64,000 bases of DNA from Dehalococcoidia bacterium (lineage in GTDB: Bacteria; Chloroflexota; Dehalococcoidia; Lucifugimonadales; UBA3495). The position numbers were made by a program, and so were the translations under genes. The notes beneath the pieces are model-generated. The model was not told where the DNA came from. It was given only the letters and a program-made list of their open reading frames with translations, and made no database searches. Positions 45,913 through 56,369 of the stretch are shown piece after piece; position 1 is the stretch's first letter; the number at the start of each line of letters is the position of its first letter. The stretch lies in assembly GCA_034420695.1 (NCBI GenBank), contig DAOULB010000002.1:7817-71816 (forward strand), read 5' to 3'.

Positions 45913-46383
45913 CTAGTCTTCCGGCGGTACGGCCAGCACGGGAAGGTTCCCGGAGCGGATGACGCGGTCGGTGGTGCTGCCCACCAAGAAGCGCTGAATG
46001 CCGCCTTGGCCCCGGGTGCTTATGACCGTCAGTCCGATGTTGGATTCCTCGGCGTACTGGGTAATCTTGTCGGCGGCTACGCCCTCGAGGATAGCGGCCA
46101 CTACGTTGATTCCTTCGCCTTCCAGCCGGGACTTGACCTGACCCAAGTAAGTCTCCGCCTGCTCCCGCTGGGAATTGATTATGTTATCGACCAAGTCGCG
46201 GTACTGGGGCGTAGTAACGTAGCCGGCTTCTCCTCCCTGCAGGAAGCCCAACTCATCGGAGACCGAAACCACCTTGAGCAGGTGCAGGGTCGCCCCATAG
46301 GCCTTGGCCATTTCCCGGGCATGGGGCAGGGCCCGTTCCGAGTTTTCAGAGCCGTCCAAGGGCACCAGAATATTTTCGTACAT
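45913..46383 (-). CDS. Universal stress protein (UspA family)
   Basis: ILVPLDGSENSERAL ... GSTTDRVIRSGNLPVLAV. Start moved to ATG 46383. Confidence 0.85.
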   Translation of the reverse strand: MYENILVPLDGSENSERALPHAREMAKAYGATLHLLKVVSVSDELGFLQGGEAGYVTTPQYRDLVDNIINSQREQAETYLGQVKSRLEGEGINVVAAILEGVAADKITQYAEESNIGLTVISTRGQGGIQRFLVGSTTDRVIRSGNLPVLAVPPED

Positions 46384-46411
46384 AAGCTTCCTTTTCCCGG
46401 TTTTCCTGGGG

Positions 46412-47638
46412 TCAGTCTCCGGAGGGCAGGCCGGCAGAGGCCGTCTCGGCATAGTTGGAGGCTCGCACTACTCCATCAATGCCCTTTGGCGCCGTGAACT
46501 CTTCCTCGCTGCCCCGTACCAACTCGGCAAACCTCCGTCCTTGGGGCACGACCCGGGAGTCAAAGGAGCCGATGGAGTCGTTGTAGGACTTGACGGCGGC
46601 CTCCAGCCCCTTGCCCACGCCCTGGTAACGGCTGATGAAGGTCTGCATCCGCTTGTGCATTTCCTCCCCGGCCTGCCGGATAACCTCTGCATTCTCCGCG
46701 ATGCGATACCTGTCCCAACCGTTGGCCACCGTCCATAGCAGGGAGATCAGCGAAACCGGAGTGGCTATGGCCACCCGCTTCTGCATGGCGTAGTCGATCA
46801 GGTCAGGATGGGCGTTCAGGGCAGCCGAAAGGAATTGGTCTCCCGGGACAAACATCACCACGAAGTCCAAGGAACCGCTCACCTTATTGCCGTAGTTCTT
46901 TGCGGCCAGGGAATCGACTTGGGAACGCATCGCGCCGGCATGCCGGGTCAGTGCGGCATCGCGGGCCCCTTCGTCTTCTGTTTGGTGGGCTTCCAAGTAG
47001 GCTGCCGTGGATGCCTTGGCGTCCACTACCACCGCCCGGTTGTCTGGGAGCAGCACCGTCATGTCCGGACGGTCTCCGGAACCGTTTACCGAGGACTGTT
47101 CCACAAAGTCGCAGTGCTCGGTCATACCGGCCAGTTCCACCACCCGCCGCAGTTGGACCTCGCCCCAGCTTCCAATCTGTCGGTTGTTGGTCAGCGCGTT
47201 GGACAGCTTGCCGGTCTCGCCAGCCAGGGTCTGGCTCTGCTTGATGAGGGACTCTATTTGGGGGTTCAGCTTCTCGTAGTTCTGGGTCAGGGGCTTGACC
47301 AAGGCTTGAAACTGCTCGTGACGCTGGTTGAATTCACCCTTGGCCGTCTCCAGGGTCTTGCCCAGGTTCTCCTTGGCCAAGTTCACGAACACCTCGTTGT
47401 TGCTCTGCAGCGCCCGGCTGGCGGTGGCCTGGAAGGTCTCGCTCAATTGCTCTTTGGCGGCTTCGAGGATGGCATTGGCGCTGGCCGCTTGTTCCAACTG
47501 GCCCCTGAGGCCGGCCGTAGTCTCCCGGTGTTGGGCTTCGGCTTGCATCAAGCGCTCCCTGGACCGGTAGGTCTGCACCAGCCAGGAGGCGGCCCCGCCA
47601 ACGATCAGCCCTATTGCCAAACCGATGATCAGTTCCAC
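46412..47638 (-). CDS. rmuC: DNA recombination protein RmuC
   Basis: N-terminal TM, a long coiled coil, and a C-terminal core (RPDMTVLLPDNRAVVVDAK...VMFVPGDQFLSAAL) typical of RmuC. Confidence 0.85.
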   Translation of the reverse strand: MELIIGLAIGLIVGGAASWLVQTYRSRERLMQAEAQHRETTAGLRGQLEQAASANAILEAAKEQLSETFQATASRALQSNNEVFVNLAKENLGKTLETAKGEFNQRHEQFQALVKPLTQNYEKLNPQIESLIKQSQTLAGETGKLSNALTNNRQIGSWGEVQLRRVVELAGMTEHCDFVEQSSVNGSGDRPDMTVLLPDNRAVVVDAKASTAAYLEAHQTEDEGARDAALTRHAGAMRSQVDSLAAKNYGNKVSGSLDFVVMFVPGDQFLSAALNAHPDLIDYAMQKRVAIATPVSLISLLWTVANGWDRYRIAENAEVIRQAGEEMHKRMQTFISRYQGVGKGLEAAVKSYNDSIGSFDSRVVPQGRRFAELVRGSEEEFTAPKGIDGVVRASNYAETASAGLPSGD

Positions 47639-47830
47639 CGGTCAGACCTCCTTCTGCGCCCTGCTGTGGTCTGGGAAATTTGGCCTCAAGAATAACATGG
47701 CCCCGGTTGGCCGTGCCACTTGGGGATAGTGGCCCGTCACCGAGAAAGCAGACCGCCAGCCAATCGGCTATGCCGCGTTTGACTGGAAGGGTTAACATGT
47801 AGAGGCTTATCAACCGCTTCCGGAGTTGCC

Positions 47831-49573
47831 ATGGCCCGCAGTTTCAGACTGGCTCTGGCCCAAATAAACACCACCGTAGGTGATATTCTGGGCAACACCG
47901 CCAAGATACTGGAATACATGGAGCGCGCCCGCCAAGCGGAGGCCGACTTGGTCACGTTCCCGGAGCTGGCAATCACCGGCTATCCCCCGGAAGACCTGCT
48001 GTTCCGGCCATCCTTTCTGAAGCAGAACCTGGCAGCCATGGAGCAGGTGGTGGCCGCCGCCGGGGATACCGCCGTCCTGGTGGGGTTTGTCGGGTCTGTG
48101 CCCGACACAGCCAACTCGGCAGCCTTGGGCTACCGGGGCAAGCTGGTGGACGTCTACCACAAGATGTACCTGCCCAACTACGGTGTGTTCGACGAAGACA
48201 GGTACTTTCGCCGGGGAGACTCCTGCCCGGTGTACACCATCAGCGGAGTCAACGTCGGCGTCGGCATCTGCGAGGATATCTGGTACTCGGTGGGCCCCAT
48301 GGCAGTGCAACGCAACGCCGGGGCGGAACTCATCGTCAACATCAACGCCTCCCCATTCCACGCCGGAAAGCGGGAGCAGCGGGAGAAGATGATTGCCACC
48401 CGGGCCGCCGACAACCAGCTTTTCGTTGCATATCTGAACGCGGTGGGCGGCCAGGACGAGTTGGTGTTCGACGGCGCCAGCCTGGTCTATGACGGCACCG
48501 GGGAACTGGTGGCGAGGGGCCCCGCGTTCCAGGAAGAGCTCATAATCGTGGACTTGGACATAGACTCCGTGCTCAGAACCCGGCTGCGCGACTCCCGCCC
48601 CCGGAAGGAAAACGCCGCAATCTTGGAGGAGATAGGCAAGTCCCGGATTGTGGAGGTGTCACCCCCCAAACCATCACCGCGCCTGGCGCGGCCCATTCCT
48701 GCTCCTGAAGAGCCGCCGGGGGAGCTGGAAGAAGTGTACCGGGCCTTGGTGCTTGGCACCAAGGACTACCTGACCAAGTCGGGATTCGGGAAGGTGTTGG
48801 TGGGCCTGTCGGGTGGAATAGACTCCGCACTGACCGCCACCGTCGCTGCCGACGCCTTGGGCCGGGAGAACGTGGTCGGCGTAGGGATGCCCTCCCGGCA
48901 CTCCTCGGAAGGCAGCGTTGCCGACTCCAAGGATCTGGCCGAGGCCTTGGGAATTGAGCTGTGGATTGTGCCCATCGAGCCAGCCCACCTGGCCTTCACC
49001 GGCATGCTGGAAACCTATTTTCAAGGCACGGAACCCAATACGGCAGAGGAGAACGTCCAAGCCCGCATCAGGGGCAACGTTCTCATGACCATCTCCAACA
49101 AGTTCGGCTGGATGGTGCTGACCACCGGCAACAAGAGCGAAATGGCCATGGGCTACGCCACTCTGTACGGGGATATGGCCGGCGGCTTTGCGGTGCTGAA
49201 GGACGTGCCCAAGACCCTGGTGTACGAGCTTTCAGAGTGGCGCAACCGGAACTGGGAGACCCGCCCGGTGATACCCCAAGCGATCATCGACAAGCCACCC
49301 AGCGCCGAGCTCAAGGACAACCAACTAGACCAGGACACGCTGCCGCCCTACGACCTGCTGGACCCGGTGGTCAAGGCCTACGTGGAGCAGGACATCAGCT
49401 ACGAGGAAATGGTGGACATGGGCTTCGACCCAGCCATCGTTGCCCAAGTCATCAGCTACGCCGACCGCAACGAATACAAGCGGCGACAGGCTCCACCGGG
49501 GGTGAAAATTACACCCCGGGCCTTCGGCAGAGACCGGCGGTTGCCCATAGTCAATAAGTACCGCCAGACATGA
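47831..49573 (+). CDS. nadE: Glutamine-dependent NAD+ synthetase
   Basis: N-terminal CN-hydrolase domain (FPELAITGYPPEDL, ICEDIW) and a C-terminal PP-loop LSGGIDSAL. Confidence 0.9.
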   Translation: MARSFRLALAQINTTVGDILGNTAKILEYMERARQAEADLVTFPELAITGYPPEDLLFRPSFLKQNLAAMEQVVAAAGDTAVLVGFVGSVPDTANSAALGYRGKLVDVYHKMYLPNYGVFDEDRYFRRGDSCPVYTISGVNVGVGICEDIWYSVGPMAVQRNAGAELIVNINASPFHAGKREQREKMIATRAADNQLFVAYLNAVGGQDELVFDGASLVYDGTGELVARGPAFQEELIIVDLDIDSVLRTRLRDSRPRKENAAILEEIGKSRIVEVSPPKPSPRLARPIPAPEEPPGELEEVYRALVLGTKDYLTKSGFGKVLVGLSGGIDSALTATVAADALGRENVVGVGMPSRHSSEGSVADSKDLAEALGIELWIVPIEPAHLAFTGMLETYFQGTEPNTAEENVQARIRGNVLMTISNKFGWMVLTTGNKSEMAMGYATLYGDMAGGFAVLKDVPKTLVYELSEWRNRNWETRPVIPQAIIDKPPSAELKDNQLDQDTLPPYDLLDPVVKAYVEQDISYEEMVDMGFDPAIVAQVISYADRNEYKRRQAPPGVKITPRAFGRDRRLPIVNKYRQT

Positions 49574-49665
49574 GGCGGGATAGTACCACGCCTTCAGGAG
49601 AAACCATCACAGCCAGTTGGGTGCAACCAATTGTGCGCCGGCACCCGGGCCAAGCCCCCTCCCGC

Positions 49666-49693
49666 TTGTAATGACTCCGGATAAGGGTATACT
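49666..49693 (+). promoter_or_regulatory. Candidate sigma70-type promoter for the cupin gene
   Basis: TTGTAA (49666-49671), 16-nt spacer, TATACT (49688-49693). GAGAGG RBS lies before ATG 49741. Confidence 0.4.
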
Positions 49694-49740
49694 GTCAACA
49701 ACGACCCCAAAGCTGAAAATACTACCTAGAGAGGTGCGCC

Positions 49741-50319
49741 ATGACACAGACACAGGTTTACACCATGGAAGCCTTCATTGAAGACGTGCGGGGGATATTT
49801 GCTGCCACCAAGGACCCCCGGACCCAGGCACAGCAGATTGCCCGGCACATGCAGACCCTGCTGAACGTCCCTGGCTGGCTGGAAGAGAAGCTGGACCTGC
49901 CCGCCGAGGGCGGCTTTGGCCGGGTGGACCTTCACCTCGACGAGGAATACGGCCACCCCGACGGCGGCTTCCTGCTCATGTGCGGCATCCAGCGGCCCGG
50001 ACAGGACAACCTGCCCCACGACCACGGCACCACTTGGGTGGTCTATGGCGTCTACAGCGGGGCCATTGAGCAGACCAAGTGGCGCTGGTCATACCCCGAG
50101 ACCGACCGTACCTCCCCGGAAATCAAGCCCTTGGAAAGTTGGACCCAGAAGCCGGGCGAGATTGCCTTCTTCCTTCCCGGGGAGATACACAACACCCGCT
50201 GCGTGGCCGAGGACCGGGCCTTGGTGGTGCGCTTGGAGGGCCGCAAGCTGGCAGGGATGCTGAGGCACCGCTACAACCCCGAGACCCATGAGGCCGAGGT
50301 GTACTCCTCCGACAACTAG
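49741..50319 (+). CDS. Cupin-fold protein (cysteine-dioxygenase-type-I-like by eye)
   Basis: The HDHGTTWVVYGVYSG ... GEIHNTRC spacing looks like a cupin metal site. The family call is tentative. Confidence 0.5.
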   Translation: MTQTQVYTMEAFIEDVRGIFAATKDPRTQAQQIARHMQTLLNVPGWLEEKLDLPAEGGFGRVDLHLDEEYGHPDGGFLLMCGIQRPGQDNLPHDHGTTWVVYGVYSGAIEQTKWRWSYPETDRTSPEIKPLESWTQKPGEIAFFLPGEIHNTRCVAEDRALVVRLEGRKLAGMLRHRYNPETHEAEVYSSDN

Positions 50320-50495
50320 ACGGGGGACGACTCACCGTTATTAACTAAACGGGGACAATAACCATGACCGGCCGGCGTTTCTCACAACGACGCCGGCCAG
50401 ACAGCAGGGTAGAACCCATTTCGGCTGTTGGTTTCCGCTCCAGGCGCCACCGCGGCCGGGATGGGTTTGTTCTTTGAGGTAACGCAGACACAGGT

Positions 50496-51797
50496 TTGGC
50501 AGAGGACAGCACGGCACAGCAAGCCCCGGAGGCAAGGGCCGCACCTACATCACCCGGCAGGCCCGGAAAACCGGCCCGGGGCGGCTTCCGCACATTCGAC
50601 TCCCTCCGCAACAACAGGGACTACCGGTTCCTCTTCGCCGGGAACATCTCGGCCAACGGCGCCCAGTGGCTTCAGATTTTCACCGTGGGCTGGCTGGTCC
50701 TTTCCATCAGCGAGGGGTCGGCTCTGCACTCCGTAGCCGTGGCCGGAATCAGGTCTTTGCCCATCCTGGGCTTGGGACCGTGGGCCGGCGTTCTGGCCGA
50801 CCGCATTGACCGGCGGCTGATCGCCATCGTCACCCATATAGTCCAAGTGGTGCTGGCCGTCGGGTTTGCCGTTCTCATAGCCGGAGAGTGGGTCCAAGTC
50901 TGGCACGCCTACCTCTACATGCTGCTCTCTGGCGCGGCCCACGCCGCCCAGCAGCCAGTCCGCCACGCCTTGGTCGCCAACACCGTCCCCAGGTCGGACT
51001 TGGCCAACGCCTTGGCCCTGAATGCCATGGGGGTCAATATCATGAGGCTGTCCGGCCCCTTGGTCGGCGGCCTGCTCATCAGCACCGTGGGGTTCAAGTG
51101 GAACTTCTTCTTCGAGGCGGCGCTCTACGGCGGGATGGTGCTGTTGCTTCTGCCCATGAAGACTCCCTACCGGGAGGCTTCTACCGCCCGGCGGGTTTCG
51201 GCGTTCGCCAACCTGAAGGACGGGCTGGTCTACATTCTTGGCAACTCGCCCATCCGCCGCCTGACCATGCTGAACTTCCTGCGCACCACCGTGTTCATGC
51301 CCTTGGTGCTGCTGGTGCCGGCATACACCCAGAACGCGCTGGATGCCGGGGTTGGCGTGGGGACAGTCATGGTGGCGCTGATGGGCAGCGGCGGGCTGAC
51401 GACCACGATTATCGTTGCAACGTGGGGGTTCTTTACCCGGAAGGGCTTGGTGGTGCTGCTTTCGCTGCTTTCCGGCTCACTTGTGGTTATGCTGTTGGGG
51501 TTGACCCACTGGGTGTGGGTGGCCCTTCCCTTGATGGTCTTGATGGGCCTGTCCCAGACTCATTCCGTCGTCAGCAATAACATCCTCATCCAGTCGCTGG
51601 TCACCGACAATCTCAGGGGCCGGGTGTCGAGCGTCTGGCACTACGAGTCGGGGCTGATTCCGCTGGCAGCGGTGGGCATCGGCTATGCGGCTGACCGGGT
51701 GGACATCAACACGGCGCTGACGGTTGTGGGGGCCGCGGCTTCGGTGGTCGGCCTTATTGCGCTGCTGCGGTTCAAGGACGTGCGGGAACTGGACTGA
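50496..51797 (+). CDS. MFS transporter
   Basis: 12 predicted TM helices and a DRIDRRL loop motif after TM2. The TTG start is unverified. Confidence 0.8.
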   Translation: MAEDSTAQQAPEARAAPTSPGRPGKPARGGFRTFDSLRNNRDYRFLFAGNISANGAQWLQIFTVGWLVLSISEGSALHSVAVAGIRSLPILGLGPWAGVLADRIDRRLIAIVTHIVQVVLAVGFAVLIAGEWVQVWHAYLYMLLSGAAHAAQQPVRHALVANTVPRSDLANALALNAMGVNIMRLSGPLVGGLLISTVGFKWNFFFEAALYGGMVLLLLPMKTPYREASTARRVSAFANLKDGLVYILGNSPIRRLTMLNFLRTTVFMPLVLLVPAYTQNALDAGVGVGTVMVALMGSGGLTTTIIVATWGFFTRKGLVVLLSLLSGSLVVMLLGLTHWVWVALPLMVLMGLSQTHSVVSNNILIQSLVTDNLRGRVSSVWHYESGLIPLAAVGIGYAADRVDINTALTVVGAAASVVGLIALLRFKDVRELD

Positions 51798-51961
51798 CCG
51801 GACGGCGGCTTTGGGCCGGAAGGGGAAGGCCTGGAACCCAAGGAACATCTGAGCAACTTCAGTCCATCCTCATCCCAACCTTCTCCCATCAAGGGGTAAG
51901 GGGCTCCAGTGTTCCTTAGTTCAGCCCCTTCCCAGCTAACGGGGCTTACGGCTATTGGACC

Positions 51962-52351
51962 CTAGCCGTGAATGTGGACGACGGCTTCCACTTCCACCAG
52001 CAACTCGGGTCGGACCAAGGCGGCGACAACCACGGTTGAGCTTGCCGGGGGGTCGCTGGGGAAGGTCTCACTGCGCACTTTGCTGTAGGCGGGATAGTTG
52101 GCGACGTCGGTCAGGAAGCAGGTAATCTTGACCACGTCGGCCATGGTCCCGCCGGCGGCTTCGACGACTCTCCGGATGTTGGACATCACCTGCCGGGACT
52201 GGGCTTCGCAATCCCCGGGTCCCACCAAGTTGCCCGATTCGTCGGTGGCGACGTGCCCCGACACGTAGAGGAAGTCCCCCACTTGAATGCCGGGAGAGAG
52301 AGCCGGGTTTGGACTGACGCCCTGGGGAATGATTGGAGTCCTTTCAGCCAT
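51962..52351 (-). CDS. ridA: RidA/YjgF/endoribonuclease L-PSP family protein
   Basis: GDFLYVSGHV...KITCFLTDVANYPAYSKV...PASSTVVVAALVRPELLVEVEAV. Confidence 0.85.
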   Translation of the reverse strand: MAERTPIIPQGVSPNPALSPGIQVGDFLYVSGHVATDESGNLVGPGDCEAQSRQVMSNIRRVVEAAGGTMADVVKITCFLTDVANYPAYSKVRSETFPSDPPASSTVVVAALVRPELLVEVEAVVHIHG

Positions 52352-52361
52352 TTCGTTACCT

Positions 52362-54599
52362 CTAAGCCGGAGTGGAAGCTGCGGAGCTGTTGCGGAACAC
52401 CGAGGTAATGCCCCTCACCCCTTCCAGCTTGGAGAACAGCTTGCCCAGTTGCTCCAACCCGGTGGTGTGGACCGTCAACTCGATGGTTACGGTGCCATCC
52501 TTGAGTTCCTTGGTGATAACCGAGGCGATGTTTACGTTTTCTTCCGACACCTGCACGGTGACGTCCCGGAGCAGCCCGACCCGGTCGTAGGCCGTCATCA
52601 TAATCCGGATGGGGTACAGGTTCTTGGCTTCGCCCCAATCAACTTGGACTATCCTGGCCTGCTCGTCCTCGTTCTTGAGGTTGGGGCAGCCCACCTTGTG
52701 CACCGTCACTCCCCTGGAACGGGTAATGAATCCCAGAATGGGGTCGCCGGGAATTGGGTTGCAGCAATTGCCCATGCGGATTAGCAGGTCCCCGACTCCC
52801 AGCACCGAAATCCCCGAACTGGGGCTGGAAAGGGGCAGATTAGGCTTCGCCGCCGGCAGGGCGGGCTCCGTCTCCCGCTTGGCTTGGGCCAAACGGTGGG
52901 CCAATTGGCTTTCGCTTATCACGCCGGAGCCCAAGTCGGCGAGTAAGTCGTCCATCTTCTCGTACTTGGAGATGGACAGCACTTCCGCGTCGTCCACGTG
53001 CTGGTTCAGGCGCCGCAGTTCCCGCTTCAGCAGCTCCCGGCCCCGCTGGATGTTGCTGCTGCGGGCCTGCCTGCGGAACCACAAGCGGACGTTCTGCCTG
53101 GCCCCAGCCGACCTTACGTAGCCGCGGTTGGGGTTCAGCCAGTCGAGGCTGGGGCCCCGCTCCACCTTGGAAGCCATGACCTCCACGGTGTCCCCGTTCT
53201 GCAGCGCAGTGTCCAAGGAAACCAGCCGCCCGTTTACCTTGGCCCCAATGCAACGGTGGCCCAACTCGGTGTGAATCTTGTAGGCGAAATCGATGGGGGT
53301 GGAACCGGCGGTGAGTTCGACTATGTCACCCTTGGGGGTGTAGACGAAAACTTGGTCGTGGAAAATGTCCTGCTTCACCGACTCCAGGAACTCGGCGGTC
53401 CCGGCCACCTCGCGCTGCCATTCCAGCAGTTGGCGCAGCCAGGTCATTTTTTCCTCGAACCTGAGGTCGCCGGACTTCCCTTCCTTGTATCGCCAGTGGG
53501 CCGCCACGCCGTACTCGGCAACCTGGTGGAGTTCGTAGGTCTTTATCTGAACTTCCAAAGGGCTGCCGCCATCGCAAATGACGGTGGTGTGCAATGCTTG
53601 GTAGAGGTTCTCCTTGGGGTTGGCTACGTAGTCGTCGAACTGCCCCGGTATAGGGTGCCACAGCTGGTGAACCACTCCCAGGGCCCGGTAACATTCCTCG
53701 TTGGTGTCTACCAGCACCCGCAGGGCGTAGAGGTCGTAAATCTCCCGCAATTCCTTGCCTTGGGAGGCGTACTTCTCCATCTTCTGGTAAGTGCTGTAAA
53801 TGCCCTTGGGCCGGCCCGTGACCTCTGCCGTGAGGCCGAATTTCTCCAGTTCGGCCCGGAGCATTTCGGCCATCCGGGATATGTACTCCTCCCGCTCTTC
53901 ACGCCGGCCGGCAATGAGGTTGGAAATCTCCTGGAACTTTTCCTCGTTCAGGTGCTGGAAGGCCAGGTCGTCCAAGCGCCACTTGATTTCCCAGATGCCC
54001 AAGCGGTGGGCCAGGGGAGAGTAGATGTCCAGGGTTTCCTGGGCTATGCGGCGGCGCTTCTCCGGGGACAGGGCGTCCAGGGTGCGCATGTTGTGGAGAC
54101 GGTCCGCCAGCTTTATCAGCACTACCCGGATATCTTCGGCCATTGCCACCAGCATCTTGCGGAGGCTTTCGGCGTAGACGGGGTCCTGCTCATCGGGGAA
54201 CCCAAGTCCGGCGGGCTGGCCTTCCCGGTGATCGGGGGTTACGGAGAAGCGGGAGTTGATCCTGGCCAGCTTGGTGACGCCGTCCACCAAGGCGCCGACC
54301 TCCCGGCCGTACTTGGAGTCAATCTCCTCGACAGTGACGCCGCAGTCCTCCACCACGTCGTGAAGGAGGGCGGCAATGATGGTGTGGGAGTCCAGGTGGA
54401 GGTCCGCAAGGAAGAGGGCGGTTTCCAGAGGGTGGGCAATGTAGGGCTCACCCGACTTGCGGGTCTGGCCTTGGTGGCACCGGTCGGCAAAGTCGTAGGC
54501 ATCGGCTACCAGCTCCGTCGACTCCTGAGGGAGATAGCCGGACACCCGGTCGATGAGGACCTTGGCTTCGCGGGCAGCTACAGCGTTTCCGTTTACCAC
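52362..54599 (-). CDS. relA: Bifunctional (p)ppGpp synthetase/hydrolase (RelA/SpoT homologue)
   Basis: HD domain (HPLETALFLADL, LLHDVVEDC), a synthetase domain (YSTYQKM, DLYALRVLV, YQALHTTV), and TGS and ACT-like C-terminal domains. Confidence 0.92.
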   Translation of the reverse strand: MVNGNAVAAREAKVLIDRVSGYLPQESTELVADAYDFADRCHQGQTRKSGEPYIAHPLETALFLADLHLDSHTIIAALLHDVVEDCGVTVEEIDSKYGREVGALVDGVTKLARINSRFSVTPDHREGQPAGLGFPDEQDPVYAESLRKMLVAMAEDIRVVLIKLADRLHNMRTLDALSPEKRRRIAQETLDIYSPLAHRLGIWEIKWRLDDLAFQHLNEEKFQEISNLIAGRREEREEYISRMAEMLRAELEKFGLTAEVTGRPKGIYSTYQKMEKYASQGKELREIYDLYALRVLVDTNEECYRALGVVHQLWHPIPGQFDDYVANPKENLYQALHTTVICDGGSPLEVQIKTYELHQVAEYGVAAHWRYKEGKSGDLRFEEKMTWLRQLLEWQREVAGTAEFLESVKQDIFHDQVFVYTPKGDIVELTAGSTPIDFAYKIHTELGHRCIGAKVNGRLVSLDTALQNGDTVEVMASKVERGPSLDWLNPNRGYVRSAGARQNVRLWFRRQARSSNIQRGRELLKRELRRLNQHVDDAEVLSISKYEKMDDLLADLGSGVISESQLAHRLAQAKRETEPALPAAKPNLPLSSPSSGISVLGVGDLLIRMGNCCNPIPGDPILGFITRSRGVTVHKVGCPNLKNEDEQARIVQVDWGEAKNLYPIRIMMTAYDRVGLLRDVTVQVSEENVNIASVITKELKDGTVTIELTVHTTGLEQLGKLFSKLEGVRGITSVFRNSSAASTPA

Positions 54600-54859
54600 C
54601 TTGTCACGATGATAATACTAGCTTATCCGTATGTCCAGAAATTGTGAATGAATATTGCCTGATAAACGGCCCCCATGAGGAAAAGGGTGGGAATAGTCCG
54701 TTTCAGGCAGTCAAAGCATCACTTTCCGTCAGGGGCTGCGGAGCCTTGGCCCGCGGCGGGTGTTAGAATCTTCCTCAGTCTCCTGCCTGCCGAGCTTTGG
54801 GGTTGCAATCACCAAGGGGCGGGCGATACCCGGTGGCGACACCCGGTAAGGAATTTTCA

Positions 54860-56362
54860 TTGCTGGCTTCGGTCAAAAACAGTCCCAATTACAAGTACTG
54901 GGCTGCCGCGGCGATGGCCGTGGGCATATTCGCCTCGGTGGTGGACCACGGCAGCGTCAACGTTGCCCTGCCGTCGGTGGCTTCGAACTTCGGCACCGAC
55001 TTGGCTACCATCCAGTGGGTGGTCATTGGCTACGCCCTGGCCATCAGCACCCTGCTGCTTCCCATGGGGCGGCTGGGCGATATCGTGGGCCGCAACAAGG
55101 TCTACATCCTGGGGATATTGCTGTTCGCCGCATCTTCGGCCGCGGCGGCGGCGGCGCCCAACCTTACGGTCTTGATCGCTGCCCGCTTGGTGCAGGGCTG
55201 TGCCGCGGCTATGAACCAGGGCACCGGCATGGCTATCATCACTTCCACCTTCCCGGAAGGCGAGAGGGGCAAGGCCCTGGGAATGATGATGACCATGGTG
55301 GGCTTGGGCGCGGTGGCCGGCCCGGCCCTTGGCGGGCTGCTGGTTGGGAGCTTCGGCTGGAGAGCGGTCTTCCTGTTCAACATACCGATGGGGCTGGTGG
55401 GGGCCATCATTTCCGTAGCAATATTGGACAAGTCACGAACCGGCGACCTTGGGCCGGGAGCGTCGGGAAGGAGTTTCGATTGGGGAGGAGCGGCCCTTTC
55501 GGCGGTGGCGCTGGTGGCCCTGTTGATGGGAATAACCAACGGACAAAGGTGGGGCTGGGACTCGCCGCTGATATTGGCATCCCTCACCGCCTTTGTCCTC
55601 TTCCTGGCCGTTTTCGTGTGGTGGGAACTGAGGCTGGAGCAGCCCCTGCTGGACCTGCGGCTCTTCCAGAGGAGGGTGTTTACCCTGGGAGTGTCCTCGG
55701 CCTTCCTCACCTTCCTCGGAAGCTCGGCGGTGCTGTTCCTGACGCCCTTCTACCTGCAGCAAGTGCTGGGTTACAGCCCTACCAAATCGGGGCTGATAGT
55801 GGTGCCGGCGGCGTTGTGCATTGCGGTGATGGGCCCCATCAGCGGGCGGCTGTCGGACCGCTACGACTGGAGGATATTCACCGTCAGCGGGCTGGGGGTC
55901 GGCGTCGTCGGTGTCCTGATGCTCTCCAGCTTGGACCAGATGTCTCCCCTGCTCCTGGTAATGGGTGCGCTGGTCATTCACAGTATTGGAGTCGGGACCT
56001 TCTTCTCCCCCAACACCAGCTCGATTCTCAGCGCGGTGGAGAGGGAGCGGTTCGGCGCGGTCACCGCCTTTACCAACTTGGTGCGGAACGGGGCCAACGT
56101 GACCAGCGTGGCCTTGGCCACGGTGATAGTTACCGGCACGATGGCGCAGATGGGATTCCAGGCCAGCTTGGATTCGGTGCAGTGCGGACTGGATGAAGGT
56201 CCCTGCCGGGCATTTACCGACGGGTTGAGCCGGGCCTATTGGACCATGGCAGGACTGCTCTTCGCTTCGCTTTTGATTTCAGCGATAAGGGCCGGACGGG
56301 GAAGGCGGGCTCCCGCGGCCTCGCCAGAAGCCGGGGAAGAGGTGCAGCAGCCGGCCGGCTAG
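54860..56362 (+). CDS. MFS transporter, DHA2 (EmrB/QacA-like, 14-TM type)
   Basis: VDHGSVNVALPSVA, LLLPMGRLGDIVGRNKVY (motif A region) and 14 hydrophobic segments. I prefer TTG 54860 (TAAGGAA RBS); the track start is 54797. Confidence 0.8.
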   Translation: MLASVKNSPNYKYWAAAAMAVGIFASVVDHGSVNVALPSVASNFGTDLATIQWVVIGYALAISTLLLPMGRLGDIVGRNKVYILGILLFAASSAAAAAAPNLTVLIAARLVQGCAAAMNQGTGMAIITSTFPEGERGKALGMMMTMVGLGAVAGPALGGLLVGSFGWRAVFLFNIPMGLVGAIISVAILDKSRTGDLGPGASGRSFDWGGAALSAVALVALLMGITNGQRWGWDSPLILASLTAFVLFLAVFVWWELRLEQPLLDLRLFQRRVFTLGVSSAFLTFLGSSAVLFLTPFYLQQVLGYSPTKSGLIVVPAALCIAVMGPISGRLSDRYDWRIFTVSGLGVGVVGVLMLSSLDQMSPLLLVMGALVIHSIGVGTFFSPNTSSILSAVERERFGAVTAFTNLVRNGANVTSVALATVIVTGTMAQMGFQASLDSVQCGLDEGPCRAFTDGLSRAYWTMAGLLFASLLISAIRAGRGRRAPAASPEAGEEVQQPAG

Positions 56363-56369
56363 GCGCATG

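Noticed and set aside
52998-54647. 549-aa ORF antisense to relA/spoT
   Set aside because: Same antisense composition bias (Gly/Val/Leu/Pro runs). The minus strand has unambiguous HD, RelA/SpoT, TGS and ACT domains.
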